A DNA stretch of 64,000 nucleotides from an uncultured delta proteobacterium. GTDB taxonomy: Bacteria; Desulfobacterota; Binatia; UBA9968. The stretch spans positions 10,554-74,553 of the forward strand of contig CAVWLW010000004.1 in assembly GCA_963755715.1 (NCBI GenBank), given 5' to 3'. This document shows, one piece after another, positions 62,963-64,000 of the stretch. Every line of letters begins with the position of its first letter. Positions within the stretch are counted from its first letter, which is position 1. Both the position numbers and the translations under genes were made by a program. The notes below the pieces were generated by a model. That model had not been told where the DNA came from. It was given only the letters and a program-made list of their open reading frames with translations, and searched no databases.

Positions 62963-63916
62963 TCAAAAAGTTGCGGACTTATGAACCCGGATGATCAGCG
63001 GCGCGCCAACCATCGGAAGTAGGATCGGCGAATCGCCGCAGTTCAGACACTCGTCTCCTCGACTCAAAAACCATAGCGCGCCCTCATAGCTATCGATGGA
63101 ATTCACCGCGTCGCTGTCATTCACCCAGTACTGATCATAGTTGGGCTGCAGCCGCTCATATCTTAACGTCGTTGGTCCAAATCGCGCCGCGAGCGCTCTG
63201 GAGAGCCTCACGGGCAAGAGGCTGGCGGTCCTGATCTCACTCGACGATCTGAAGGGGATGCTGGCCTTTATTAATTTACCTAAAAAACCGAAATCGGAAT
63301 ACGGCCTGACCCTATAGCCCTGAGCCGCCCAAGGGTCGACATTCCACGCCGGAAATAAGTAAATCACACCATTGTTGCGCGTCACCCGGCGCATCTCGCG
63401 GAACGCCTGCTCGGGATTGGGCACGTGCTCGAATACCCAGATCGACCAGATTCCGTCAAACGAGTCATCGGGAAACGGCAATGCGGTTGCGGTGCCTAAG
63501 ACGAATTTTTTATGGTAAAATCGCGCGACACTCGGCGAAATGTCGAGGCCGACATAGTTCTCCGCAATGTCTTGCAGATATCCGCGGCCGGAGCCAATTT
63601 CGAGAACCAGCTTCTGGGCTAGATTGAAGTGTTCCACAAATTCTGAAACGCGCTCGACGATCTTGGCCCCTTTGGCCGCCTGTTCGGCGGTTTCCTGATA
63701 CTTTCGATCATAGTCAGTCTCCGCCGGCGCCGGGCCATCGACGGGTTTCTTATAGATTTCGGTGTAATATTTTCGCGCCGCGGCCAGTTCGGCTGAAGTC
63801 GGCGGGGCGTCCGTATTATAGGGGAAATTCCCTGCCCACAGGATAACTATGAGGAGCGCGGTTGCAGACACAACGCGCGCAAGCGCGATCAAATAGCGTC
63901 TCATCATTTTGTTCAC
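62963..63916 (-). CDS. Membrane-anchored class I SAM-dependent methyltransferase
   Basis: N-terminal TM; VLEIGSGRG, GLDIS, LPFPDDSFD, EHVPNP. Confidence 0.88.
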   Translation of the reverse strand: MNKMMRRYLIALARVVSATALLIVILWAGNFPYNTDAPPTSAELAAARKYYTEIYKKPVDGPAPAETDYDRKYQETAEQAAKGAKIVERVSEFVEHFNLAQKLVLEIGSGRGYLQDIAENYVGLDISPSVARFYHKKFVLGTATALPFPDDSFDGIWSIWVFEHVPNPEQAFREMRRVTRNNGVIYLFPAWNVDPWAAQGYRVRPYSDFGFLGKLIKASIPFRSSSEIRTASLLPVRLSRALAARFGPTTLRYERLQPNYDQYWVNDSDAVNSIDSYEGALWFLSRGDECLNCGDSPILLPMVGAPLIIRVHKSATF

Positions 63917-64000
63917 AATCGGATTCCGAAAGCGATAAATCGCCCGCGATCTCCTGCGCGTTGCGCCGACTCACTTAACTGGAAATAGGAAAAATTTTCC

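Noticed and set aside
1-64000. tRNA, rRNA, transposase, integrase, prophage
   Set aside because: None recognised by eye; tRNAscan-SE/Infernal/ISEScan were not run.

Overview
GC-rich bacterial chromosome segment. Gene content (mfd-surA-pdxA, alpha2-type GlyRS, sigma54 regulators, MlaEFD-PqiC) suggests a diderm Deltaproteobacteria-like lineage, possibly Binatia; this is inference only. Many genes, including housekeeping ones, carry 1-bp frameshifts, several in homopolymers, which are most likely long-read assembly errors. In order, the window holds: iscS (partial); a DUF309-mfd-surA-pdxA-pmm-uvrA run; a membrane TIR-Ig protein; an AT-richer signalling cassette (GAF-like protein, GAF-PAS kinase, receiver, NtrC-type activator, and a cyclase behind a sigma54 promoter); a molybdopterin oxidoreductase; an Mla/Mce operon; assorted enzymes; an ~11.5-kb metal-homeostasis cluster; an ECF sigma/anti-sigma/DUF3106/DUF1800/DUF1501 operon; a heterodimeric ABC exporter; and glyQS with a duplicated 5' end flanking a GT87 gene. 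The best candidate for a new system is a pair of paralogous ~100-aa leader peptides (TM-LPLHFH...CxC..GTRAQ-44 aa-R[AG]PP) heading the two halves of the metal cluster. One is hidden by a frameshift and has a perfect 9-nt anti-Shine-Dalgarno directly after its RGPP codons. They look like ribosome-arrest metal sensors related in logic to CruR/CutF (DUF2946) and SecM/MifM.
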